64,000 nt of DNA. Source: Felis catus (taxonomy: Eukaryota). Within the stretch, counting starts at the first letter, position 1. Every line of letters starts with the position of its first letter. Where the stretch lies: contig NC_058368.1 in assembly GCF_018350175.1 (NCBI RefSeq), positions 106,394,001 to 106,458,000 of the forward strand, written 5' to 3'. The translations under genes were made by a program, and so were the position numbers. The notes under the pieces were generated by a model that was given only the letters and a program-made list of their open reading frames with translations, had not been told where the DNA came from and ran no database searches. Shown here one piece after another: positions 63,472-64,000 of this stretch.

Positions 63472-64000
63472 TAAATATATCTACTGTTACTAATAATTAC
63501 TATGGGATACCTAGCATACACTAGAATTATTATAGGTTAACTGGGTGTAAGGTCATCCTACAGTTCAGTTGATACCCTATGATCAACTGAAACAGAGGGA
63601 AACACTTGACTCCTTGTCAGAAGTGAACTCTGGCTGCACTCAGACCATTGGAAAAGGGAAATTTCCCTAGGAGGCAAAGCTGTGACCTGAATTGATGGAA
63701 ATTCACTTTGCATAGGTGAAGAAGAGGTATGGATATATGTGGACACCTGAGGAGCGAATAGTGGCTGAGCTGCTTGGTTAGGAGTCCTGAAGGAATAAAA
63801 TTAAAATATGAGAGTTATAAATATAGAGGAAATTGGACTCTGGATGGTCTTTTGGGAGTAGTTGTAAGATGTAAATTTTAGTGCTTCACATTAATGTCCA
63901 ACAAAAAGCCTCACTGGCAAGAGGTCATCAGTAAGTGGGGAGATAGAAAGTCTTCTTCAGAAAACCTTGCCTCTCCAGTGCTGGTGCATTGTGCTACCCA

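Larger units (their letters stand above)
60760..64000 (+). pseudogene. Second, more degraded ERV-L internal (gag-pol) region, interrupted by a SINE, (AAT)n and an L1 piece; runs off the window
   Basis: CAGTTTCCAGATCAAAGCCAGTTCACTGACCCAGAACCC (HERV-L QFPDLSQFTDPEP-like); DLKDLG (~61903); AFFSIP (~62076); LVKYIDGIML (62242-62271, YIDD motif); RNase H-like region ~63650-63900. Confidence 0.8.

Overview
Mammalian nuclear DNA from a felid (cat family), identified by about 52 tRNA-derived CanSINE (SINEC_Fc-type) copies, several of them the young Felidae variant. The window is AT-rich, repeat-dense and almost entirely non-coding. It holds old L1M, L2, MIR and hAT (MER5/MER58) fossils, an MLT2-flanked ERV-L provirus on the minus strand (~29.3-34.1 kb), a second and more degraded ERV-L pol region on the plus strand (~60.8-64 kb), a solo ERV1-type LTR and many microsatellites. 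None of the supplied ORFs is a credible gene: they come from SINEs, microsatellites or chance. The region is plausibly intronic to a large plus-strand gene, since most long L1/ERV pieces are antisense and there are a few good plus-strand AG...GTRAGT candidate exons (16512-16553, 17368-17507, 22992-23063, 45453-45540). I cannot name the gene. I found no convincing novel biological system. The most unusual signals are three short (120-140 bp) non-tandem local duplications, a tail-only retrotransposition scar, closely spaced inverted SINE pairs and the candidate small exons. Coordinates were read by eye and repeat boundaries are approximate.
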